DNA of 64,000 nt from Nemertoderma westbladi (lineage: Eukaryota; Animalia; Xenacoelomorpha). The stretch is taken from positions 14,909-78,908 of the forward strand of contig JAUCBJ010002084.1 of assembly GCA_032718475.1 (NCBI GenBank). The letters are read 5' to 3'. Shown piece after piece: positions 54,001-62,749 of this stretch (positions within the stretch are counted from its first letter, which is position 1; every line of letters starts with the position of its first letter). Below the pieces are notes generated by a model. That model was not told where the DNA came from. It was given only the letters and a program-made list of their open reading frames with translations, and made no database searches. A program made the position numbers and the translations under genes.

Positions 54001-57000
54001 GCCTGTCTCTACCTGTCTACTACAGGCCAGTTTCTGGCTGTAACTTTTGCGAGTGCTGCTGTCTAACTGTCTACTACAGGCCAGTTTCTGGCTTTAAGTT
54101 TTGCTAGTGCCGGTGTCTACCTGTCTACTACAGGCCAGTTTCTGGCTGTAACTTTTGCGAGTGCCGGTGTCTACCTGTCTACTACAGGCCAGTTTCTGGC
54201 TGTAACTTTTGCTAGTGCCGGTGTCTAACTGTCTACTACAGGCCAGTTTCTGGCTGTAACTTTTGCGAGTGCCGGTGTCTAACTGTCTACTACAGGCCAG
54301 TTTCTGGCTGTAACTTTTGCGAGTGCCGGTGTCTACCTGTCTACTACAGGCCAGTTTCTGGCTGTAACTTTTGCGAGTGCCGGTGTCTAACTGTCTACTA
54401 CAGGCCAGTTTCTGGCTGTAACTTTTGCTAGTGCCGGTGTCTAACAACTGTCTACTACATGCCAGTTTCTGGCTGTAACTTTTGCGAGTGCCGGTGTCTA
54501 ACTGTCTACTACAGGCCAGTTTCTGGCTGTAACTTTTGCGAGTGCCGGTGTCTAACTGTCTACTACAGGCCAGTTTCTGGCTGTAACTTTTGCGAGTGCC
54601 GGTGTCTACCTGTCTACTACAGGCCAGTTTCTGGCTGTAACTTTTGCGAGTGCCGGCGTCTACCTGTCTACTACAGGCCAGTTTCTGGCTGTAACTTTTG
54701 TGAGTGCCGGTGTCTGTCTACCTGTCTACTACAGGCCAGTTTCTGGCTGTAACTTTTGCGAGTGCCGGTGTCTACCTGTCTACTACAGGCCAGTTTCTGG
54801 CTGCTTTTGCGAGTGCCGGTGTCTACCTGTCTACTACAGGCCAGTTTCTGGCTGTAACTTTTGCGAGTGCCGGTGTCTATCTCTCTTAACTACAGGCCAG
54901 TTTCTATGGCTGTAACTTTTGCTAGTGCCTGTGTCTAACTGTCTACTACATGCCAGCCAGTTTCTGGCTGTAACTTTTGCGAGTGTCTGTGTCTAACTGT
55001 CTACTACTAGCCAGTTTCTGGCTGTAACTTTTGCAAGTGCCAGTGCCTAACTGTCTACTACAGGCCAGTTTCTGGCTGTAACTTTTGCGAGTGCCGGTGT
55101 CTATCTCTCTTAACTACAGGCCAGTTTCTATGGCTGTAACTTTTGCTAGTGCCTGTGTCTAACTGTCTACTACATGCCAGCCAGTTTCTGGCTGTAACTT
55201 TTGCGAGTGTCTGTGTCTAACTGTCTACTACTAGCCAGTTTCTGGCTTTAACTTTTGGGAGTGCCTGTCTCTACCTGTCTACTACAGGCCAGTTTCTGGC
55301 TGTAACTTTTGCGAGTGCTGCTGTCTAACTGTCTACTACAGGCCAGTTTCTGGCTTTAAGTTTTGCTAGTGCCGGTGTCTACCTGTCTACTACAGGCCAG
55401 TTTCTGGCTGTAACTTTTGCGAGTGCCGGTGTCTACCTGTCTACTACAGGCCAGTTTCTGGCTGTAACTTTTGCTAGTGCCGGTGTCTAACTGTCTACTA
55501 CAGGCCAGTTTCTGGCTGTAACTTTTGCGAGTGCCGGTGTCTAACTGTCTACTACAGGCCAGTTTCTGGCTGTAACTTTTGCGAGTGCCGGTGTCTACCT
55601 GTCTACTACAGGCCAGTTTCTGGCTGTAACTTTTGCGAGTGCCGGTGTCTAACTGTCTACTACAGGCCAGTTTCTGGCTGTAACTTTTGCTAGTGCCGGT
55701 GTCTAACAACTGTCTACTACATGCCAGTTTCTGGCTGTAACTTTTGCGAGTGCCGGTGTCTAACTGTCTACTACAGGCCAGTTTCTGGCTGTAACTTTTG
55801 CGAGTGCCGGTGTCTAACTGTCTACTACAGGCCAGTTTCTGGCTGTAACTTTTGCGAGTGCCGGTGTCTACCTGTCTACTACAGGCCAGTTTCTGGCTGT
55901 AACTTTTGCGAGTGCCGGCGTCTACCTGTCTACTACAGGCCAGTTTCTGGCTGTAACTTTTGTGAGTGCCGGTGTCTGTCTACCTGTCTACTACAGGCCA
56001 GTTTCTGGCTGTAACTTTTGCGAGTGCCGGTGTCTACCTGTCTACTACAGGCCAGTTTCTGGCTGTAACTTTTGCGAGTGCCGGTGTCTACCTGTCTACT
56101 ACAGGCCAGTTTCTGGCTGTAACTTTTGCGAGTGCCGGTGTCTACCTGTCTACTACAGGCCAGTTTCTGGCTGTAACTTTTGCTAGTGCCGGTGTCTAAC
56201 TGTCTACTACAGGCCAGTTTCTGGCTGTAACTTTTGCGAGTGCCGGTGTCTAACTGTCTACTACAGGCCAGTTTCTGGCTGTAACTTTTGCTAGTGCCGG
56301 TGTCTAACAACTGTCTACTACATGCCAGTTTCTGGCTGTAACTTTTGCGAGTGCCGGTGTCTAACTGTCTACTACAGGCCAGTTTCTGGCTGTAACTTTT
56401 GCGAGTGCCGGTGTCTAACTGTCTACTACAGGCCAGTTTCTGGCTGTAACTTTTGCGAGTGCCGGTGTCTACCTGTCTACTACAGGCCAGTTTCTGGCTG
56501 TAACTTTTGCGAGTGCCGGTGTCTACCTGTCTACTACAGGCCAGTTTCTGGCTGTAACTTTTGCGAGTGTCTGCGTCTACCTGTCTACTACAGGCAAGTT
56601 TCTGGCTGTAACTTTTGCGAGTGCCGGCGTCTACCTGTCTACTACAGGCCAGTTTCTGGCTGTAACTTTTGCGAGTGTCTGCGTCTAACTGTCTACTACA
56701 GGCCAGTTTCTGGCTGTAACTTTTGCGAGTGCCGGTGTCTACCTGTCTACTACAGGCCAGTTTCTGGCTGTAACTTTTGCGAGTGCCGGTGTCTACCTGT
56801 CTACTACAGGCCAGTTTCTGGCTGTAACTTTTGCGAGTGCCGGTGTCTACCTGTCTACTACAGGCCAGTTTCTGGCTGTAACTTTTGCTAGTGCCGGTGT
56901 CTAACTGTCTACTACAGGCCAGTTTCTGGCTGTAACTTTTGCGAGTGCCGGTGTCTAACTGTCTACTACAGGCCAGTTTCTGGCTGTAACTTTTGCTAGT

Positions 57001-60000
57001 GCCGGTGTCTAACTGTCTACTACAGGCCAGTTTCTGGCTGTAACTTTTGCGAGTGCCGGTGTCTACCTGTCTACTACAGGCCAGTTTCTGGCTGTAACTT
57101 TTGCGAGTGCCGGTGTCTACCTGTCTACTACAGGCCAGTTTCTGGCTGTAACTTTTGCGAGTGTCTGCGTCTACCTGTCTACTACAGGCCAGTTTCTGGC
57201 TGTAACTTTTGCGAGTGCCGGTGTCTACCTGTCTACTATAGGCCAGTTTCTGGCTGTAACTTTTGCGAGTGTCTGCGTCTAACTGTCTACTACAGGCCAG
57301 TTTCTGGCTGTAACTTTTGCGAGTGCCGGTGTCTACCTGTCTACTACAGGCCAGTTTCTGGCTGTAACTTTTGCGAGTGCCGGTGTCTAGCTGTCTACTA
57401 CAGGCCAGTTGCTGGCTGTAACTTTTGCGAGTGCCGGTGTCTACCTGTCTACTACAGGCCAGTTTCTGGCTGTAACTTTTGCTAGTGCCGGTGTCTAACT
57501 GTCTACTACAGGCCAGTTTCTGGCTGTAACTTTTGCGAGTGCCGGTGTCTAACTGTCTACTACAGGCCAGTTTCTGGCTGTAACTTTTTCGAGTGCCGGT
57601 GTCTACCTGTCTACTACAGGCCAGTTTCTGGCTGTAACTTTTGCGAGTGTCTGCGTCTAACTGTCTACTACAGGCCATTTTCTGGCTGTAACTTTTGCGA
57701 GTGCCGGTGTCTACCTGTCTACTACAGGCCAGTTTCTGGCTGTAACTTTTGCGAGTTTCTGCGTCTACCTGTCTACTACAGGCCAGTTTCTGGCTGTAAC
57801 TTTTGCGAGTGCCGGTGTCTACCTGTCTACTACAGGCCAGTTTCTGGCTGTAACTTTTGCGAGTGTCTGCGTCTAACTGTCTACTACAGGCCAGTTTCTG
57901 GCTGTAACTTTTGCGAGTGCCGGTGTCTACCTGTCTACTACAGGCCAGTTTCTGGCTGTAACTTTTGCGAGTGTCTGCGTCTACCTGTCTACTACAGGCC
58001 AGTTTCTGGCTGTAACTTTTGTGAGTGCCGGTGTCTGTCTACCTGTCTACTACAGGCCAGTTTCTGGCTGTAACTTTTGCGAGTGCCGGTTTCTAACTGT
58101 CTAACAGGCCAGTTTCTGGCTGTAATTTTGCGAGTGCCGGTGTCTACCTGTCTATTACAGGCCAGTTTCTGGCTGTAACTTTTGCGAGTGTCTGCGTCTA
58201 CCTGTCTACTACAGGCCAGTTTCTGGCTGTAACTTTTGCGAGTGCCGGTGTCTACCTGTCTACTACAGGCCAGTTTCTGGCTGTAACTTTTGCTAGTGTC
58301 TGCGTCTAACTGTCTACTACAGGCCAGTTTCTGGCTGTAACTTTTGCGAGTGCCGGTGTCTACCTGTCTACTACAGGCCAGTTTCTGGCTGTAACTTTTG
58401 CGAGTGTCTGCGTCTACCTGTCTACTACAGGCCAGTTTCTGGCTGTAACTTTTGTGAGTGCCGGTGTCTGTCTACCTGTCTACTACAGGCCAGTTTCTGG
58501 CTGTAACTTTTGCGAGTGCCGGTGTCTACCTGTCTACTACAGGCCAGTTTCTGGCTGTAACTTTTGCGAGTGTCTGCGTCTACCTGTCTACTACAGGCCA
58601 GTTTCTGGCTGAAACTTTTGTGAGTGCCGGTGTCTGTCTACCTGTCTACTACAGGCCAGTTTCTGGCTGTAACTTTTGTGAGTGCCGGTGTCTGTCTACC
58701 TGTCTACTACAGGCCAGTTTCTGGCTGTAACTTTTGCGAGTGCCGGTGTCTAACTGTCTAACAGGCCAGTTTCTGGCTGTAATTTTGCGAGTGCCGGTGT
58801 CTACCTGTCTACTACAGGCCAGTTTCTGGCTGTAACTTTTGCGAGTGCCGGTGTCGACCTGTCTACTACAGGCCAGTTTCTGGCTGTAACTTTTGCGTCT
58901 ACCTGTCTTCTACAGGCCAGTTTCTGGCTGTAACTTTTGCGAGTGCCGGTGTCTAACTGTCTACTGTTTTTGTGGATTATTAGCGATTTCGTTATTAACT
59001 CATCATCTAATATTCCTGACTTATATTCTGGTCTAAACTTAGCTATTTCACATTTTATATTATTATGTTTAACTTACCGGGGGAGTATTTAAGGTTAATT
59101 TACATTAATTTGTATGTATTTTACTGATTTATTTAAATATAACAGTAAATATAACGGAATTATATACCATTCCATAACGTTTTGCTTTTAGGTTCCGCTT
59201 TAAATGACCTTCACATTGACGAGAACGACAAGGAATCTGTGGACGAAATCTCTTCGATTGGTTCGGCTTCGGAAGTTGGTCCTCTGGGATTGGTTGTTCA
59301 CACGCCCTCTGCGCCCGTGAACATACCCAATGGGCGGTGCCCCACAGAGCTCCATTCCCCCCAGTCACCCCTTACGCACTTCACATCTCACTACCAAAAC
59401 GATGTGAGTTAATTAATTTATTTATCTGGCAATGATTTCATTCAACTCATTATATTATATATATCATTCCGGCCATTTTGTATTAAAGATTTGTAATAGG
59501 TTATCACGGTCTTGTTAAGAATACCAGATTGTCACTTTTGAAATTTTCTATAATATGAAGAATGTGTATATTTTAACATTTCTCCTTATTGCTTATAAGT
59601 GTTTTATAGGGCTATTTCTACCTTATAACTTGTGCAGATACTAATTTGTTTATTGCTTTGGTTATATTCAGCCCTTCTGTAACCTGTGGTTTTAATGAAA
59701 ACCTGGCATTCTTCATATGCGGGTAAACCGCGAAGTGAAATATAACAACATAAAGTCTGGTATTCCTTTTTTCATCTCGCAGAAGGAGTTTAATGTTCGA
59801 CAACCTGGGTTGGGTAACGTCTGGTCCAACCAGTCCAGTCATAGAACCAATGATAGTCTCGGTCTGTATAATCTTAGCCCAAGTAGTCGAGGGACAACGT
59901 CCCCACTGCCGTCCCTCGAAATCCAACGTCTACAGGATGAAAACCACGCACTCAAAGCTAAGGTTAGTGTAACACCACGCACCCAAAGCTAAGGTTAGTG

Positions 60001-62306
60001 TAACACCACTCACTCAAAGCTAAGGTTAGTGTAACACCACGCACTCAAAGCTAAGGTTAGTGTAACACCACTCACTCAAAGCTAAGGTTAGTGTAAAACC
60101 ACACACTCAAAGCTAAGGTTAGTGTAACACCACGCACTCAAAGCTAAGGTTAGTGTAACACCACGCACTCAAAGCTAAGGTTAGTGTAACACCACGCACT
60201 CAAAGCTAAGGTTAGTGTAACACCACGCACTCAAAGCTAAGGTTAGTGTAACACCACGCACTCAAAGCTAAGGTTAGTGTAACACCACGCACTCAAAGCT
60301 AAGGTTAGTGTAACACCACGCACTCAAAGCTAAGGTTAGTGTAACACCACGCACTCAAAGCTAAGGTTAGTGTAAAACCACGCACTCAAAGCTAAGGTTA
60401 GTGTAACACCACGCACTCAAAGCTAAGGTTAGTGTAAAACCACGCACTCAAAGCTAAGGTTAGTGTAACACCACGCACTCAAAGCTAAGGTTAGTGTAAC
60501 ACCACGCACTCAAAGCTAAGGTTAGTGTAAAACCACGCACTCAAAGCTAAGGTTAGTGTAACACCACACACTCAAAGCTAAGGTTAGTGTAAAACCACGC
60601 ACTCAAAGCTAAGGTTAGTGTAACACCACGCACTCAAAGCTAAGGTTAGTGTAACACCACGCACTCAAAGCTAAGGTTAGTGTAACACCACGCACTCAAA
60701 GCTAAGGTTAGTGTAACACCACACACTCAAAGCTAAGGTTAGTGTAACACCACACACTCAAAGCTAAGGTTAGTGTAAAACCACGCACTCAAAGCTAAGG
60801 TTAGTGTAAAACCACGCACTCAAGGCTAAGGTTAGTGTAAAACCACGCACTCAAAGCTAAGGTTAGTGTAAAACCACGCACTCAAAGCTAAGGTTAGTGT
60901 AAAACCACGCACTCAATGCCACACAAAAACTCAAAACCACACACGAGTTGTCGGAATAATATCGCTATACTTAACAAATATCCCTCCATTTAGTTTTGGT
61001 GCCGCGCAATCACCAGACAGTTGGTCACAGACACCAATATATTTTTATTTGTGCTAAAACACCCGATTATATTTTATTTTAAACAATTATTTAACCTTCG
61101 CAGTTATCCAGTTACGATCTTCGGGTAGAATCCTCACCCATTCGCCCCGTCCATCTCTCGGAACAAACGGAGATGCCGCGACAGATTCCCAACAACAAGT
61201 TGGAACAACTTCCCTTAGGCGTCCTCAGACACATCCATATGAAACTCCAGTCGGATATCGAGCAAGTCGAGGTGAGTACGATTAATTTAATTACTTTCAA
61301 TTTTAATATATTTAATTACAAATATATTTTGTTACATTATCATTATGTAAAACCCCGCTCGCTGCGCTCCCAGGGTACGCAAATCGGTTCATAACGATAT
61401 TTATATTTCACACAATGATATAAATAGAATTACAAATCTTAACTTACTTATATTTAATTAGTATTTTATATTTTGAACTTAATCTTTAACAACACATTTA
61501 GTAGCTGTAGCCAGTTGGTTAGCCCGACCAATAATAATATAGTAAAGTTGTTATAAAAAGTATATAATGTGATAATTGAATGTACCGACATACTGACTAA
61601 CATGGGGTTGTTATGTATATATTAACTTAAAAGTAAACACAAGAGTCTCACACCCCTTAAACTACAAAGAAATATAGAATCAGGGCATTAAGCCCAAATT
61701 AGTAACTCAGACCCTAGGCCTAGGGCCATCAAAGGACACAAACTCCACATCAGGTATCTAACGCAACCCTAACCCTAAAACCTAACCGCCATACACTAAA
61801 TGTTACCGGTAATAAACTGCACGAAAGCTAAGCCAATATTCTATAAGAAAATATATGACAATTTTGTCGCCGTGAAAGAGGAAGGACTAGGGCAAAAATA
61901 ATTAATTTGTGAAAAATATGGTTGCGTTTCGGTGTCTAGGATCAGTACGCGCTAATCTATATTAAATTAATAAGTCTGTATTTTTTTGTAGTTTAAGGGG
62001 TGTAAGACTCTTGTGTTTACCTTTAAGTTAATAAGTATATAAGGCAGGGAGGGTGACACACTAACTCCCAAGGTCTAATACTCTCAACATCTAACTATCC
62101 ATTAACATCGGTGCCATTTAGTCACGGTCCCCAACTCTGTTTTTTTGCAGGTGGCTCTCCAGACAGCGCAAAGCAACCGCTGTCTCATCTGCGAGGTACA
62201 ACCACGCAGCGTTACCATACTACCCTGTCATCACACGCCGTTCTGCCACAGCTGTTCCCTTGGAAACCATTCCTGCCCCCAGTGCGCCCGGCAGTGGTAC
62301 AATTAG
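29917..62306 (+). CDS. unk: RING finger protein unkempt homolog (CCCH zinc-finger RNA-binding protein / putative E3 ligase), 12 coding exons, 728 aa
   Basis: Joined exons 29917-30005, 30441-30650, 31616-31881, 32227-32362, 35270-35472, 35981-36105, 43644-43901, 53198-53381, 59192-59403, 59783-59962, 61104-61271 and 62151-62306 total 2187 nt in one open frame with all introns GT-AG. The translation contains the Unkempt signatures YLKEFRTEQC, GDTERRYH, YKTEPC..PPRLCRQGYACP, SSPCPNVK.GDEW, CHTRTEQQFHPEIYKS and CPRGPFCAFAH. Confidence 0.95.
30441..30650 (+). CDS. unk: unkempt exon 2 (ZnF1 and start of ZnF2)
   Basis: Acceptor AAG at 30440; YLKEFRTEQCQLFLQHKCVHHRPYTCFYWHFQNQRRRRP...YCTQYDENTGNCSHGE; donor GT at 30651. 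Confidence 0.95.
30925..31626 (+). repeat. Pyrimidine-rich irregular tandem repeat made of about 14 copies of the exon 3 acceptor junction
   Basis: TTACTTCCAG|CTGTACTTTCC and variants recur, with AG ending at e.g. 31402, 31430, 31470, 31517, 31567 and 31615. The last copy is the real junction. Confidence 0.9.
31616..31881 (+). CDS. unk: unkempt exon 3 (end of ZnF2, ZnF3, linker)
   Basis: CTFLHRNAGDTERRYHTRFYKTAACVHETDSSGFCIKNGPHCAFSHG...NEDPRWR; donor GTAAGT at 31882. Confidence 0.95.
31861..32027 (+). repeat. 39-bp tandem repeat containing four copies of the exon 3 donor
   Basis: Unit GTAAGTTATGGATAATGACGAATATCCCGATATGGAAGG, with GTAAGT at 31882, 31921, 31960 and 31999. Confidence 0.95.
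32227..32362 (+). CDS. unk: unkempt exon 4 (ZnF4); absent from the ORF track
   Basis: TTCCAG acceptor; ELSFVLAYYKTEPCRRPPRLCRQGYACPCYHNTKDRRRNAKQHKY; donor GTTAGT at 32363. Confidence 0.95.
32939..34921 (-). mobile_element. Decayed non-autonomous piggyBac-like element in intron 4
   Basis: The right end reads ATGCAGTAAAGGG|TTAA (34921/34922) and the left end TTAG|CCCTATACTGCAT (32939), i.e. imperfect TIRs with CCC/GGG termini and a TTAA-type target. The minus strand at 34318-34141 gives an interrupted acidic peptide ...GDSSDDDCSSGDDFEGFSSGSSSDGE, like transposase N-terminal regions. Confidence 0.6.
33241..34140. repeat. Degenerate minisatellite of about 20 bp built on the palindrome AGTGCACT (AAGTGCACTGCACCAGTATG)
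   Basis: Dozens of GTGCAC/TGCAC cores at roughly 20-bp spacing, located inside the piggyBac-like element. Confidence 0.9.
34973..35109. mobile_element. Small palindromic MITE-like element
   Basis: ATAGTCTATTTAAATAAAGTACCTGTATTT pairs imperfectly with AAATACAGTGCTACTTTATTTAAATACTAT; the centre is CACTCGCTTAGCTCGT. Confidence 0.6.
35270..35472 (+). CDS. unk: unkempt exon 5 (ZnF5 and ZnF6)
   Basis: TTACAG acceptor; SSPCPNVKQGDEWRDPALCDSADGCQYCHTRTEQQFHPEIYKSSNCKDMEHNGFCPRGPFCAFAHKD; donor GTGAGT at 35473. Confidence 0.96.
35981..36105 (+). CDS. unk: unkempt exon 6 (low-complexity region)
   Basis: TTACTTACAG acceptor, phase-compatible frame DELVNRDPSSWCDLSPGTAAPP...SLPQ, donor GTTAGA at 36106. 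Supported by phase and composition rather than homology. Confidence 0.8.
36405..43598. repeat. 36-bp intronic satellite (intron 6), about 190 units, with a 2262-bp higher-order duplication
   Basis: Unit CGGAATGTCCCATTATGTGGTTGGCTGATGGTCTTA. Identical variant ORFs recur at an offset of 2262 (37538/39800, 38042/40304, 38597/40859). Confidence 0.99.
36938..37200 (-). mobile_element. 5'-truncated non-LTR retrotransposon-like insertion inside the 36-bp satellite
   Basis: About 260 bp of unique sequence interrupts one unit at CCCATTAT. The minus strand reads a 32-codon open frame (QRELIDAISNVASVDNFSNIELKSILDYVSSV*, stop at 37104-37102), a T-rich UTR-like part and an (AAT)n tail. Confidence 0.6.
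43644..43901 (+). CDS. unk: unkempt exon 7
   Basis: TTTATTAG acceptor (an alternative in-frame TTCCAG ends at 43682); ...PSPIGPP...ELRKQLVQLDGDPFMNETERARMKQ; donor GTTGGT at 43902. Confidence 0.82.
43872..43977 (+). repeat. Decayed 39-bp triplication of the exon 7 3' end and donor
   Basis: Units start at 43872, 43911 and 43950 (NETERARMKQ / NQAERARMKK / NETERARIQ). The second donor position reads GG instead of GT. Confidence 0.9.
43974..53063. repeat. 29-bp intronic satellite (intron 7), about 310 units
   Basis: Unit CAGTAACTCAAACAGTTCCTTTCCACAAA, highly homogeneous and G-poor on the + strand, with recurring variants (CACTAA, CCTGTCC, 6-bp deletion, +TAG). Confidence 0.99.
53198..53381 (+). 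CDS. unk: unkempt exon 8
   Basis: GTTCTAG acceptor; NLWLSYGGNPW...YTPSSDTLESIV; donor GTGAGT at 53382. The join with exon 9 restores the Unkempt-like motif SDTLESIVGSALNDL. Confidence 0.9.
53574..58965. repeat. 54-bp intronic satellite (intron 8), about 100 units, with a 1262-bp higher-order duplication
   Basis: Unit GCCAGTTTCTGGCTGTAACTTTTGCGAGTGCCGGTGTCTAACTGTCTACTACAG. Identical ORFs recur at 54094/55356 and 54459/55721. Confidence 0.99.
59192..59403 (+). CDS. unk: unkempt exon 9
   Basis: GCTTTTAG acceptor; GSALNDLHIDE...SAPVNIP...SPQSPL...YQND; donor GTGAGT at 59404. Confidence 0.9.
59783..59962 (+). CDS. unk: unkempt exon 10 (start of coiled coil)
   Basis: CATCTCGCAG acceptor; KEFNVRQPGLG...SLEIQRLQDENHALKAK; donor GTTAGT at 59963. 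Confidence 0.9.
59941..60916 (+). repeat. 31-bp tandem array of 31 copies of the exon 10 end plus donor
   Basis: Unit CCACGCACTCAAAGCTAAG|GTTAGTGTAA[C/A]A, with donors from 59963 to 60893 at 31-bp spacing. Confidence 0.99.
61104..61271 (+). CDS. unk: unkempt exon 11
   Basis: CCTTCGCAG acceptor; LSSYDLRVE...LEQLPLGVLRHIHMKLQSDIEQVE (Unkempt-like pre-RING helix); donor GTGAGT at 61272. Confidence 0.9.
61620..62033. mobile_element. MITE with about 59-bp terminal inverted repeats in intron 11
   Basis: TATTAACTTAAAAGTAAACACAAGAGTCTCACACCCCTTAAACTACAAAGAAATATAGA (61620-61678) is the near-perfect reverse complement of 61975-62033. An internal (AACCCT)-like tract lies near 61765. Confidence 0.85.
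62151..62306 (+). CDS. unk: unkempt exon 12 (C3HC4-type RING) and stop; the correct frame is absent from the ORF track
   Basis: TTTTTTGCAG acceptor; VALQTAQSNRCLICEVQPRSVTILPCHHTPFCHSCSLGNHSCPQCARQWYN, TAG at 62304-62306. Confidence 0.93.
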   Translation: MALQTAQSNRCLICEVQPRSVTILPCHHTPFCHSCSLGNHSCPQCARQWYN

Positions 62307-62743
62307 TCCAATTAATTAGTTATGTTGGAGAAGTCCTAAGGTTTGCCACTATATAGTGCTGAATGCAGCTGCAAGTCTGTCTAACTCGACTTATCCTATA
62401 CGAAGTTCTTGTCTCTAATATTTACTTTTTGAACTTTTAATTATTTGGAATTCGATGTATTGTGGATTAACCTTTTGTGGAGTTTGATAGTTTGGTTTGG
62501 TTTTATTGCTGCTTCAGTTAAGAAGTAATATAATCTCTATACTTTTCCCCCATATCGTTCCACTTTCGGCTATAAAGTTCTCTATATTTCCTTATAGATT
62601 CAAGCATGCGCCAACTTTATTTCTTTTAATTTACTCTCGAGTCGCTCTAAATGAATAGATATCCTTATTATATTTAATATAGTTTATTAATGTTCTTTAT
62701 GTACGTACGAGTATTACGTTATAGTTATATAAATATTATAGTT

Positions 62744-62749
62744 AATAAA
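62744..62749 (+). terminator. Candidate polyadenylation signal (first AATAAA seen after the stop)
   Basis: AATAAA followed by a T/GT-rich tract. Others occur at 62941 and about 63443; the background is AT-rich, so the evidence is weak. Confidence 0.3.

Noticed and set aside
55933-57678. 581-aa minus-strand ORF (KSYSQKLACSRQLDTGTR)n and Cys-rich plus-strand ORFs
   Set aside because: These are translations of the 54-bp satellite with no unique N- or C-terminus and no real start context.
62111-62356. 81-aa ORF given in the track
   Set aside because: This is the wrong frame; the RING exon is read from 62151 in another frame and stops at 62306.
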